NCBI RefSeq assembly: GCF_000485595.1
Contig: NW_014577091.1
Span: 363,568-396,624 of the forward strand
Direction of reading: 5' to 3'
From: Priapulus caudatus
Taxonomy: Eukaryota
Length of the DNA: 33,057 bases
Shown piece after piece: positions 11,601-23,600 of this stretch. Position numbers and translations under genes: made by a program. Under the pieces are notes generated by a model that saw only the letters and a program-made list of their open reading frames with translations, ran no database searches and was not told where the DNA came from. How positions within the stretch are numbered: position 1 is the first letter of the stretch; each line of letters opens with the position of its first letter.

Positions 11601-14600
11601 TGCGCAGCGGTTCGGGCCAGCCTCCGTATGGCCTGCCAAGCACTCCCTGGAAGAACTCGATCACCGACACTGGGAAGGAGAGCTCATCTGCCCTGTCCTC
11701 TACGTCCTGCTTACTCAGTTTGTTCTGCACCATGAACTGCGCCAAGTCTCCGACGATCTTGGAAGACGGCGTCACCTGTCAGAGACACACGCGGAAAAGC
11801 CAGCCATTAACGATAGGGAGGCGACACGACAGTAATCACACCCACGGACTCGCAAACGTTTGCGCGTACACAAACCTTCACAAACATATACTGACAGGCA
11901 TCACATAGACAAAGTGCACTTACGTACACCAACACACAGATGCACGTGCACATGGAAGAGAGAGCATACAGGCATAAACACTTCCACGCATACAACTGAC
12001 ACACATGTTTCGTCTTCATTCTGGTTAAGACCTGGGGTTCACGATGCGTAATTAAGTCCTTATAAGCTAACGCTCCATTAGGAGTGTTCCCAACTTTGAT
12101 ATCATTAATGATTAATGATTAATGATTAATGATGATGATGATTAAATCACTAATCATGATTAACCTCCCGTAATTAAATGGAAGCGACTGTTTCACAAAG
12201 CGTAATTAACTTTAATCATGATTAAGTTAATCAAAATATTTAATTCTACTCTGGAGCATGATTAAATCCACTAATCATAATTAGTTGCTATTACTAGTAC
12301 AGTAAGTAGGCTGCATATTTTACAATTGGAAATTTTACTTCCATTTTATCCCAAGGAAATTTAAATTATTTAAGATTAGCTGTACTAATTTAGTAATTAT
12401 AATTGCAAATTAATTCATTTTCAGGTACTGTTTTGCAGGTACTTTTTGCGTTGTCCGCTATTTTGAATACAGTGTAATTCATGTTTAAGTCGGCTAATTA
12501 TGTGATTAGTTAAATATGTAATTAAATCACTTCGTGAAACAGATTTTTAAGTATGATTAACTAATCATAATTACGGGATGTTAATCATGATTAGTGATTT
12601 AATTATAATTAAAGTTAATCACGCTCCGTGAAACCGGCCCCTGGTACTATAAAAATCGTACTCGTGTCTGCTAGACTACGAGTCTATGAGATAGTGTACA
12701 GCCTGTCTCCATATAGTGGCCATTTGCAATACACGCGTGAACTGCTGCGTGATGACACAAAAACAACGACGGCACAGCAAACATTACAACTTTGCGACTT
12801 ACACAGACTCCCTCCCCACCTCTCTTACCCTAACCCTTCCCGCCTCCCCACCCGAACACCCTCCACACGAGACAGAGCAGGGTGCGAACCTTGATGACGT
12901 CGCCCAGCAGGTGGTTGGCATCGATGTAGGCCTTCTTCACCTCCTCAAACTGCTCGCCAAGGCCGAGGCTGAACGCCTGGAACTGCATGTTCGTGTACTG
13001 GCCGCCGGGAATCTCGTGCTCGTACACGTCCGCATTGCCGCTCTTCATCGTCACTGAGCACTCGAAGGGCGCGTAGAGCAGCCGCGCCTGCTCCCAGTAC
13101 GCCGAGTACGCATACACCTTCTTCAGGTCGATGCCTGGGGGGAAGAGGTCACGCAAGAGGTCAAGTGCAAGACGACGAACGTGGGAAAAACGCATTCTTC
13201 TGATCGATGCATGTTGGGGGGGGGGAGGCCACGCAAGAGGTCGAGCTAAGACGGCGAATGTGGGAGAAACTTACTCTTCAGGTTGATGCATGTGGGGGGA
13301 AGAGGTCACGCAAAAGTTTACGCAAAAGGTCCCGCATTAGCTGACAAAGATGACAAAAATGTTTCAACAGGTCGATGTCTGACATAATGCAAAAAAGTGC
13401 ATGTTAAAAATTAACCCAGCAGACACGTTTCCAAGGGTTGGTGCCTGGATCAGATTGCACAAGAAAGGTTACCTGTTAGACAATTAGGAAGATGCCTGAA
13501 ATTTCATGAGGAATAGTATAAATGGCTTGTGGAGATTTGTAAGTAAAATACTGAGTGTGTGCCCATAACAGCTTTTGGTTTAAATAAGATATTCACTATA
13601 GGTTATGGAAGGTGGTGCACTGTGTACAACAGTTGCCATGGCAGGTTCTAAACTGCATTATAGTCACCATAGCATATGATGCGCTGTGTACAACAGCTGC
13701 TTTGGTAAATGCCATGCTGCACAACAGCTGCCATCACATACTCTATGCCATTGCTTCTTAAATTGGTGAATGGTTCACCCAAGGGTGAACGAAATTAGTT
13801 TGGGGTGAATGAAACTTACCAAAAACATAAGGAAATTTAATTGCGGTTGAATGAAATTTTATGATGGAGACTCCGCGGGTGAATGACACTGAAATAATTT
13901 AAGAAGCACTGCTCTACGCAAGAGTTGGCACGGCAGACGCTGCAGTGCACCGCAGCTGCCGCGCCGGACGCTGCGTTGCATGGCGACCGCCGCGCACGCG
14001 CTGCATCGTTACCTGTGTCCAGGTCGGAACCCTGCACGGATGCGACCATCGCTCCCATGCTCGGCTGCGACGTCATGCCGGACATGGAATCGACGGCTAC
14101 GTCGACGACGTCCGCTCCCGCATGCGCCGCCGCCAACATGGACGCGACGCCGGCGCCGGCCGTGTCGTGCGTGTGCACGTGTATCGGCAGGTAGGGGTAC
14201 TTCTCACGCAGCGAGCCGATCAGCAGCGTGGCCGCCCGGGGCTTCATCACGCCGGCCATGTCCTGCGAAGACGAGATCCAAATCAGAAGAGAGAAATGGG
14301 GCTAACATGGAAACTAACAGCCAAAATAATCCAAAAAATCCAAAGCTTTGTTAACGAATGCTTGAGGAAGATCCTTGAGGAATATTTTGGCCGTGCACCA
14401 TCACAAATAAAGAACTCTGGGAAAGGGCAAATCAGACCCCAATCGAAATCCAAATGAGAAGAAGGAAATGGGGCTGGGTGGGCCACGCACAGCGGAAGGA
14501 AGCGACCGACATAACAAGCATGGCGCTGAGCTGGAACCCGGAAAGAAAACGTCTGGTAGGAAGGCCTAAAGCAACCTGGAGGCGAGACTCGGAGGAGGAA

Positions 14601-17600
14601 CTAAAGAAGGAGGGCTACACCTGGAGGGAAATGGAGCGGAAGGAGACCAACCGAGCGACATGGAGAGAGTTCACAAATGACCTGTCTACCAGGAGACTGA
14701 AGGGTTATAGTAGTAGTAGCAGTAGTAGTAGTAGTACGTCCTACGAAAACGAGAGAGCGCGCAATCACTCGCCACACGTTGCAACACGAATGCGAGCCGC
14801 CTTGACGCAACTTCATTCCGCGATAAACCAACACAAGATTACGATCCTAGCCATGGCATGCGTGGAGTGTTATCCTAGCATTTTTTTATAGTATGAAGAT
14901 GAACCTGAAGATACTTGTAAAGCAATTTACTTATCCCGATGGCATCCGGCATGGAATTTATTGGCAATTGCTTTGAAAAGAAATTCTACTACTCAAATTG
15001 ATGACACAGAATAATTATAATTCAAAACTGCAGCACCAAAAATCCCAAGAATCCTGCTACTGAAACTGACTACTGAGTTCAGAGCAGGCAAACTGGCTCA
15101 CCTTGATTGCCAGTATGTGTGTCCCCGCCTTGACCAATTCATCTGCCAAATTCATGTAGTAGTCGAGTGTGTATTTGGTCTTAGATGGATCGGCCACGTC
15201 ACCAGTGTACGATATAGCTGCCTCTATCACACCGCCTGGATGTACGTAAATACGCATAAACTTTAGAATGCAATAAGCGGAATTACAGCTTGTTTGTATA
15301 AATGAGCATTTATAGAAAGATGAAAATCCCTACTATGCAGGCAAAAACATGCCTGCCAAAAAAGAGCATGCCAAAACATGTTCGGTTAAACTCACCAGCT
15401 TTGCCAGCAGCTTCCATTCCCAGTATTAGGTTGGGCATGTAGTTTAGGCAGTCAAAAACCCTGAATATGTCCATGCCGCACTGCTTAGCCAACTTGCAGA
15501 ACCTAGAGTGAGAGGAAAGGCAGACGATTAATAAAATCCTTATATAATATATATATAAAAGCTTGAATGAGTGTTACACACATACATGCGCTCATACAAA
15601 CCCGAAGCACCGTGCGCAATCATGTGGAAGCTACAGCCATCACGATATCCGAGAAGAACGTGAAAGCGTCAATGCCGCAAATATTGCACTCGTGACCAGC
15701 AATTCAACAACCAAACGTTTCACGGAGGTACATGCACCAAATCTCCTGCACGTGCTGGGGCCATTTCACCAACTGAAACACGACGTGGTCTGCGAATGTC
15801 CAAACATCGCAGAAAGACTACAAACTCCACGTGCCACGCATAGGCACTCTTTTACTCACTCGAACACGACATTGTCTGGGTATGTCGTGTAACCGACGGC
15901 GTTCGCTCCTCGCAGCAGCATCTGGAAGGGTACGTTGGGGATGAGCTTGCGCAGTGCCGCCAGCCTCTCCCATGGACACTCGTAGAGGAAGCGCATTGCC
16001 ACGTCGAATGTCGCACCTATCGTCATGGCAACAACAGCACGTCAGACACCTCGTGAACTCACGATGCAACGTGCTTAAGCCTGGCGCACATTGCCGAACA
16101 TTTTCCCGAACAAATGTTTTTGTCTGGCAATGTGCGGGTGAACAATTGCTGAGCGCACATTGCCGAACATTTTGCAGCGAATAACCTCCTGGCGCCGTCT
16201 AGTAGCTGTGTTGTAAAGAGTCACGTGATCGGCGCATAATTGGGCACAAAAATCATGTGACCACATATCGTGCTGCTATTGGTTACTACTTTACAAATGT
16301 TCCTAGAATCGTTCGACATTCAGCGCACATTGACGAACATTCGACGAACAATGTTCGAGATATCAAACATTTCCGATCTTCAGAAACATTGTTCGGAACA
16401 CACATTGCCGAACATTTCATGGAACATTGCTACGATAATGTTTTTGAGCACAATCTCTTCTTGAAAAAGCATTCAATGTTTTTCACACAGACAACAGACA
16501 ATTTTTTCGATCCTGTCAATGGCGCTTCAATTTTTATCAATTTTCTAACGTCATGTTTAAGTTTTCGTAATGCTCATACTACCCCTCCCTAGTCTGTAAT
16601 CACCACTTAAATATAGCAATGTCTATATGTTCTAATATTTAGCCATTTAGTCATAGCATATAGTCATGCTTACTAAACATATAATTTCAACACATGGACA
16701 GCAAGAGTTGGGTGTGAGCATATAGTATCCATGACAACAGATACCTACCTCCCCAGTTTTCCAGCGCATACAGATTGTTAAAGTTGTGCGCAACAAACGG
16801 CGAGATGCGCTTGAGGTCATAGGTCCTCACTCGGGTCGCTAGCAGGGACTGATGGGCATCACGATATGTCGTGTCCATGAGTAGCAGGCCCTCGTGTTTC
16901 CTGACAGCACGGGCGAACGCCTCTGGCCCCTCTGTGTCTAGGATATGCTTGTAGCCCTTTGGAGGCGGCACTCCTACAAGTCAGCATGTGTGCGAACACA
17001 GCGTTAACAATTTATCTTAGATGGCTCTTAAAACTAAAACATCACTCAATTTCGCTATCGCTGATTCACTGTACATATAAGAAATAAACAGATTTATATT
17101 TGAATGCCCTCATAATTGTTAGCAAACGGTCTATTAACCACATTAAACAAGTATTTACACTCGTCCATTAGGCTCGCAAATTAAGAAATCACGAATCACA
17201 AATTGCGCAATGCGCGGCCTGTTCGTCGCCTGCTCGCGGGTCGCTTCTGCTTACGTTGTCCGGGCGTCTCCGGCAGCTTCGGCTCGGTGCGTGACGGCAA
17301 GAGCGTTGTCGCTAGCGGCGTCTGCGGCCCGTTGACGATCGTGTTGCCGAGGTAGATGAGCAGACGCTGAGCGCGGTTCAAGGTCGGCGCAAACTTGAAC
17401 AACTCGGGATGCTCGTCAATGAAGTAGGTGTCGATCGTGCCGTTCAAGAACCGCTTGTTCTCAAGCACGTTCAACAGGAATGGTGTGTTCGTCTGAAGGT
17501 GGGTTCAGGCGAATACTTTAAGGTAACTCGCAAATTGGTGTCCGCATGACTGGCGCCGTGATTTCATCTTATTCATTCTCTCACACGAAGTTCTTTAGCA

Positions 17601-20600
17601 AATTATTTATACTGCTGTGTTCATGACTAGACATGTTCATGTTCATGTAATAAATACAGGCTTTCTATTGTAATAATTTAGACAGTTGTTCTTAACAGTC
17701 GGTTACTGCCCCATTACTGATTCCCCTGAATTTCATGTACCTTAATTTGGTATGACCCTTTAAATCTCTTTTATAGATGTTGCCCACCACTTTCTCCATT
17801 TTCTTTGTAATACATCCCTCCATCCCTCCACTTACTATCACATTTGTATCACGTAAGCCCTTTTTTTGCCCTGGATGACACCCAGCTCATTCAACTGATC
17901 ATCAATATCTCATTTAACACTTCCCTGTTCTGGACGTCATCCACCCCCTTTCACTGATCTTTGTGTCATGACACGCTTTCCCTACCATGGACGTCGCCCA
18001 TGCTCCCCTCCACCTTGGTATCGCGTTACCATTTCCACTAATTTCCTGTTAACCCGTTCGCTCACCTTTATGCCACGTATGCGGAATTCTCTTAGAGCGC
18101 GGTTCATCTTCGCGGCAGCCGTGTGGTGGTTGCGCGCGTGAGCGATGACCTTGACTAGCAGCGAGTCGTAGTCCGGCGAGATGTAGGCGCCCGCGAACGC
18201 GTCCGAGCCGTCGAGACGGATGCCCATGCCCTCCCCTGTGCGGAACACCTACAAGCAAGCAAATGGCATCAACGCACACCGTAAAATCGTGTTTGTGTCT
18301 TCGCTTGTGCGGTACACCTACAAGCAAGTAAACAGCCTCAACGCACAGTGGCACACCGTACAATTGTGTTTGAATCTTCACTTGTGCGGTACACCCACAA
18401 GCAAGTAAACTGCCTCAACGCACACCGTACAATCGTGTTCGTGTATTTGCTTGTGCGGTACACCTACAAGCAAGGGGCCTCAAGACATACCGTAGCAATG
18501 TATATGTTACAGTCATGGAGGTGCATATACAGACCCTGTCCGCACAGTGGACTGCCACAAAATAGACTTCATGAGTACAGGGCCATATTTACATATAATG
18601 CGATGGCAAAGTCTATGACCACGAGGCTTCTGTGAACATCAACGCTACCTCAATCCTGCCCGCATCAGGCTGGAAGTTCCTTCCCGGGTCCTCAGTAGTC
18701 ATCCGGCACTGGATAGCACAGCCATTAAGGTTGATCATATCCTGAGTAACCCCGATGTCCCATAGCGTCTTGCCCTCAGCCACTCTGATCTGTGATACAA
18801 CCAAGTCCACTCTGCAACAGCATTAAAGTGATATCGTCATAACACAGAAAAGAATCATCATTTTAATTGTAATGGGCACAGAATGCTATCAAGTAAAGGT
18901 CAAAGTGAAATGTTTCAGCACAAAATCTATTTGCGAACGCTTTCCCAGACGTGTTTTTTGTAATGAATAAAAATATTGGAACTTAGACAACACTCTCTCC
19001 TAGACAACAGTGAGCCTGACATGTGTACATTACCAGACTATACTGCTTAGATTGCTAGTGTGCAGTAAACGAAATGCAACAAATGGGGGCCATGGAAAAG
19101 TAATTAAGTGACGTTTGCGGCCGTCAGCAAAGCTAACTCGATTTTGCGGTTATCCTTTAAAAATCGCCAGATCAGCATGAGAGGTTTAAGACGTAAATAA
19201 ATGGTTTGCTGGGCATAGTGGCAGTTCTGACAATTCAGGCAATGCCCCACATACATGTGCATTAATGATTATTTGCAATACTCTCATTTAAGGTGAAACC
19301 ACTGTACTTCTTTGGCTTTGCTCTACATATAGAGCATAGGGCATGAGGATAACATTGCCCTTTAAGGGCAAATCTTTTGAAACCAGCACCACACTATATC
19401 ATTCAAGTAAATACAAGTAAGATCTTAATATATTAACAAAGCCTTAAAAAGCGAATAGGAATATAAACAATGCACATAATTATTTGTTGTTCATTTATCA
19501 TAGCTACCGATCATGATTAGAATACTATAACATACTATAACACGTGTTTGGAATTATTATAGATACAGTGGCCCTGGCGATGAGTTGCACGAAATACAGA
19601 TTGCCGTATTTCTGATGCTTGGATATTAGCACTCATTTTCAAATTTCAAAAACTATGCATCTTTCCCTCGCCTGAGCACTTCCTCACAAGATAAATAGAT
19701 AAGAAACTAAACCGTAAACATCGATTATCAGGTTCTTTGTGGTTATCAGAGGAAAGTACATTTCATGTCCATTTCAAACCCTGAAGGGAAAATATTCCAG
19801 GCACCGAGTTCGTTGGGTACCATTTCCTGACGAGTGACTGGCTGACCTGTGATTTATCTCTTATATACACTGAGGGCACATACGCTGATAGTCGGCAGTC
19901 TTATTTTACAAGCTCATGAAAGACCACACGTGCTAGATGCACTGGAAATATCGGTGAACAATGTGCACAAACTATGACAATCAAGAGATGATGGGTGGGA
20001 CGCAAGGGTAGAGTGGTGTAAAGGAAGATGATGTTTAGGGTGGTCAAATGAGGTAGAGCAGAGTGAAAAAGGGTCGGGCAGAGTAAGTGTCGTAAAGGTG
20101 GGGTGGGGTAGGGTGCAGTAGTTAGGGTGGGTGGGTTAAATATAGGATGGAGTAAAAGGTGGAGTTATATCGGGGTAGAGTGGAGAAAGGTGGGGTAAAG
20201 GTAGGTTATGATGAAGTAAAGGTAGAGTTATCCTACGGGAGGATGGTGTAAAGGTAGGGTCGTGTAGAGTAAACATGGAATTATTGTGGGGTAGGGTAGA
20301 GGTAAATGTGGAGTTATGGTGAGGTAGGAATAAGGTAAATGTGGAACCGAGGTAGGAAGGAAGTAAATGTGGAGCTATACTGAGGTAGGCAGGAGGTAAA
20401 TGTGGAGCTATACTGAGGTAGGAATAAGGTAAATGTGGAGCTATACTGAGGTAGGAAGGAGGTAAATGTGGAGTTATACTGAGGTAGCGTGGGTATATGT
20501 GGAGTTATGATGAGGTAGCATGGGTAGTACAGTGTGGAAGGTAAAGGCAGGGTAGTGCGGTGTGCAGCTGTCGGGCCGGCGCGTGCTCACCCCGTGATCT

Positions 20601-23600
20601 CCTCCGTGACGGTGTGCTCCACCTGCAGCCGCGCGTTCACCTCGATGAAGAAGTGGTTGCTGGCCTTGTCGAGTAGGAACTCCACCGTCCCGGCATTCTC
20701 GTAGTTGGCATGGTGGCATAGGCGCACCGCGTCCGCGCACAGCGCCTCACGCACCTGCAAGCAGCGACCCCGTTAACGCGGTCGCAGGGGCGTGTACAGG
20801 GGGGGGGTCCAGGGGGTTCGGACCACCCCCTGCTCGCGCAGAAAACGCATCTAAGGTCTAATTTCAAAATTTTTCTGGGGAAGGGCCACCCAGACCCCCC
20901 CCCTTCGCGTGCACGCAAGTTTGGGTTACGGTTAGACCCCCCCCCCTTGGTACAAATCCTGTACACGCCCCTGGGTCGCCCGTCGCCTCGAGCGCGCTTC
21001 CTCCGACACTAGCGTCCTATGCTGCTTCGCCAAGATTCGGCCTCGGCGTTCGCCCAATTTTTTTGCGTGGAGATGTCGAATTCGGCTTTCAAAGCTTCCA
21101 TATTCTGGTCTTACTGACCTTGCACGTGCTTCACAATTTACGGAGTAGTGCGCTAGTCTCAAATGATATGTAATGCTGGATAGCTGTTAGTACATTGCAC
21201 GATGTGGGTAAGAAAATGGGTGGAATTCTACGGTTCTGACTGGAATGCTGCCTTAACTGGTGGTGGCATATTACTCCAGCATACATTTCAACATAGTGCA
21301 TGCAGCTGCAATGTTGTTATAACAGATAACCGACTATTATGCCTACACCTGAGTGTGAGCACAGACTGATGGTCAATTAGAACCTACCTCGGGTTCGATG
21401 TTTGGTGCAGGTGCTATTTCCACCACTTTCTGATGTCTTCTCTGCACAGAGCAATCCCTCTCATACAGATGGGAAATGTTACCATGCTTGTCACCTAATA
21501 GAGCACCACCGTATGTTAAAAAAGTTGCTATAGCATTGTACAGGCAATACGCCTTATTCAAAATTACGAAATTTCGTTACATCACATAATTTCGCATAAT
21601 TTACAAACAAATCAAATTGCCATTACTCATAAACAGTTACAAGTATGAACAACAAAACTAAAAGCTTAAAAGTTGTGTCGTCACCTAGAATCTGCACTTC
21701 TATGTGTCGGGGCCTCTCTACGAATTTCTCGACGAACATGGAACCATTGCCGAAGGCTGCCAGAGCTTCTGAGGTCGCTACTCTAAAAGCATCCTCAAGT
21801 TCCTGCAATAGAAGAAAGAAAATGTACGCACAGGAAACATTCACTTATCCACACTGAGTGTAAACAAAAAAACGCTTGTTTAACAAGTCTATACTGGTAG
21901 ACAAATGGGTGATGTTTCCTACCGAGTCTGCATGATTGGAGTCACCATAATTCCTGATTTTTTCCAGAATCATTATTCTACACAGAGTTTAGTTTTCCTG
22001 GACCCGGTTCCACAGTCGTGGATTAACTCTTAACTCTGAGTTAAAAGTTAACTCGGAGTTAAATTCCGTTTCACAGTCGTGGATTAACTTTAACTCTGAG
22101 TTAAATATGCCTAACTCAGAGTTAAAATTTAACTCTGGTTCGAACCTGGATTAACTCTTAACTCAGGGTTAAAAATCAAGTTACATTCGATCTATGATTC
22201 GATTTAGTTATAGATAGTCTTCGGTATAATCATTTAGACTAGTTTCTACGAGGTTAGTTTAGCTCTAGGGTACTAGTACTAGAGCTAATTAGTTTATCTA
22301 GTACTGCCCCGTGTCCGATCCCCCGCTGCCGCTGGAACATAGGTGTTTGTTTACGTTTGGTATACATTGGTCGGCCATTGATGGCGTACCAACGCTGATC
22401 CAGGCATCCGTACTTCTACCATGTTCGTGCGTCTATCATGCGTCTATCATGCGTCTATCGTGTTCATCTGTTCTAACTACGTGGAATTATGGGATACTAA
22501 CTCTGAGTTAAAACATTTAACTCTGAGTTACTTAACTCAGGATTTAATCCATGTTTATGAAACCCAAATTTAACTCGGAGTTTACTAACTCAGAGTTAGT
22601 GAGTTTAACTCAGAGTTAGTCTTAACTCAAGGTTAAAGTTAATCCACGACTGTGGAACCGGGTCCAGAAGTATACAGGTCACACTAATTGATAAAATTCT
22701 GCCTGTTATGTGTCAAATTAGAATGATCAAAACATAGGTGACATCTCATCTTGCAATGTAAAATTTCTGTATTATACGAATGTACCCTACTTACTTTGCT
22801 ATTTTTTTCAATAAATCTTAACATGCATGACACAAATCTCCACACTTCGGCCTCAGTTTTATAATTTAATCGTTTACAAATCCTTTGTGATCAAGTCACT
22901 CTCCATTCATGAATATATTTATTTTAGTTGTTTCTTACACATATTTACGAATTTAACTTTTGTAGCAAAAACTGGAAGTTGTAAAATTCAGGACACTTAG
23001 CTATTGTGTAAACCATTCATGTTATACTGCATTTGAAGACTCAGTATGGAGGGCTGCAAAGCTCAGCTTACTCGACAGCAAGGTTTTGTCTTGTTGAATG
23101 TGTATCTAGAGCAATTGCAGGGGCAAGCAAGAATCGGGTTTTACCTTCAGCTTCAGGTATCTGACAGTCGTTCAACTAAACTGGATATAGCAACAACCAC
23201 GTTCTACCCTCGAGCCACTGCCCACGGGTCAACTACAGAGGAAGGCAAGACTCAAGGCTCTACCTTCTGCTCTCTGACAATCCTCATTCCGCGGCCACCA
23301 CCGCCGAAAGCTGCCTTCAGGATGATGGGCATTCCATGATCTGCCACAAATTCCATCACCTCGTCAACTGTGGTGACAGGTCCTGGAGTGCCAGGAACCA
23401 CCGGCACACCTAAGCACAAAAGTGACATGTGTGCACGCTCAGCACTTCTGTACTATTTCTGTATACAGACATGAATGAAGTGTTGCGTGCAACATTCATG
23501 TCTGCTTAATTGCACGATGCATTTTCCACAGTTTAATGACTATAATTCTCCCATTACAGCATATATATTTTGGTGTGATTAGTATATGCATCACGTTTTT

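Noticed and set aside
13925..14457. Plus-strand ORFs of 89-170 aa (also 11120-11452, 11600-11908, 12716-13057)
   Set aside because: Antisense shadows of GC-rich PC exons, partly running into the LINE fragment.
18237..18494. CRISPR-like appearance of regularly spaced repeats (also 20300-20520, 22000-22660)
   Set aside because: The 'spacers' are homologous to each other, there are no cas genes, and the context is a eukaryotic intron.
21490..21687. 8-bp direct repeat (TAG|GTGAC on PC strand) at both ends of intron 5, suggesting recent intron gain
   Set aside because: Most of the match is the ordinary AG|GT(GA) splice consensus; without a comparative intron map it cannot be distinguished from chance.
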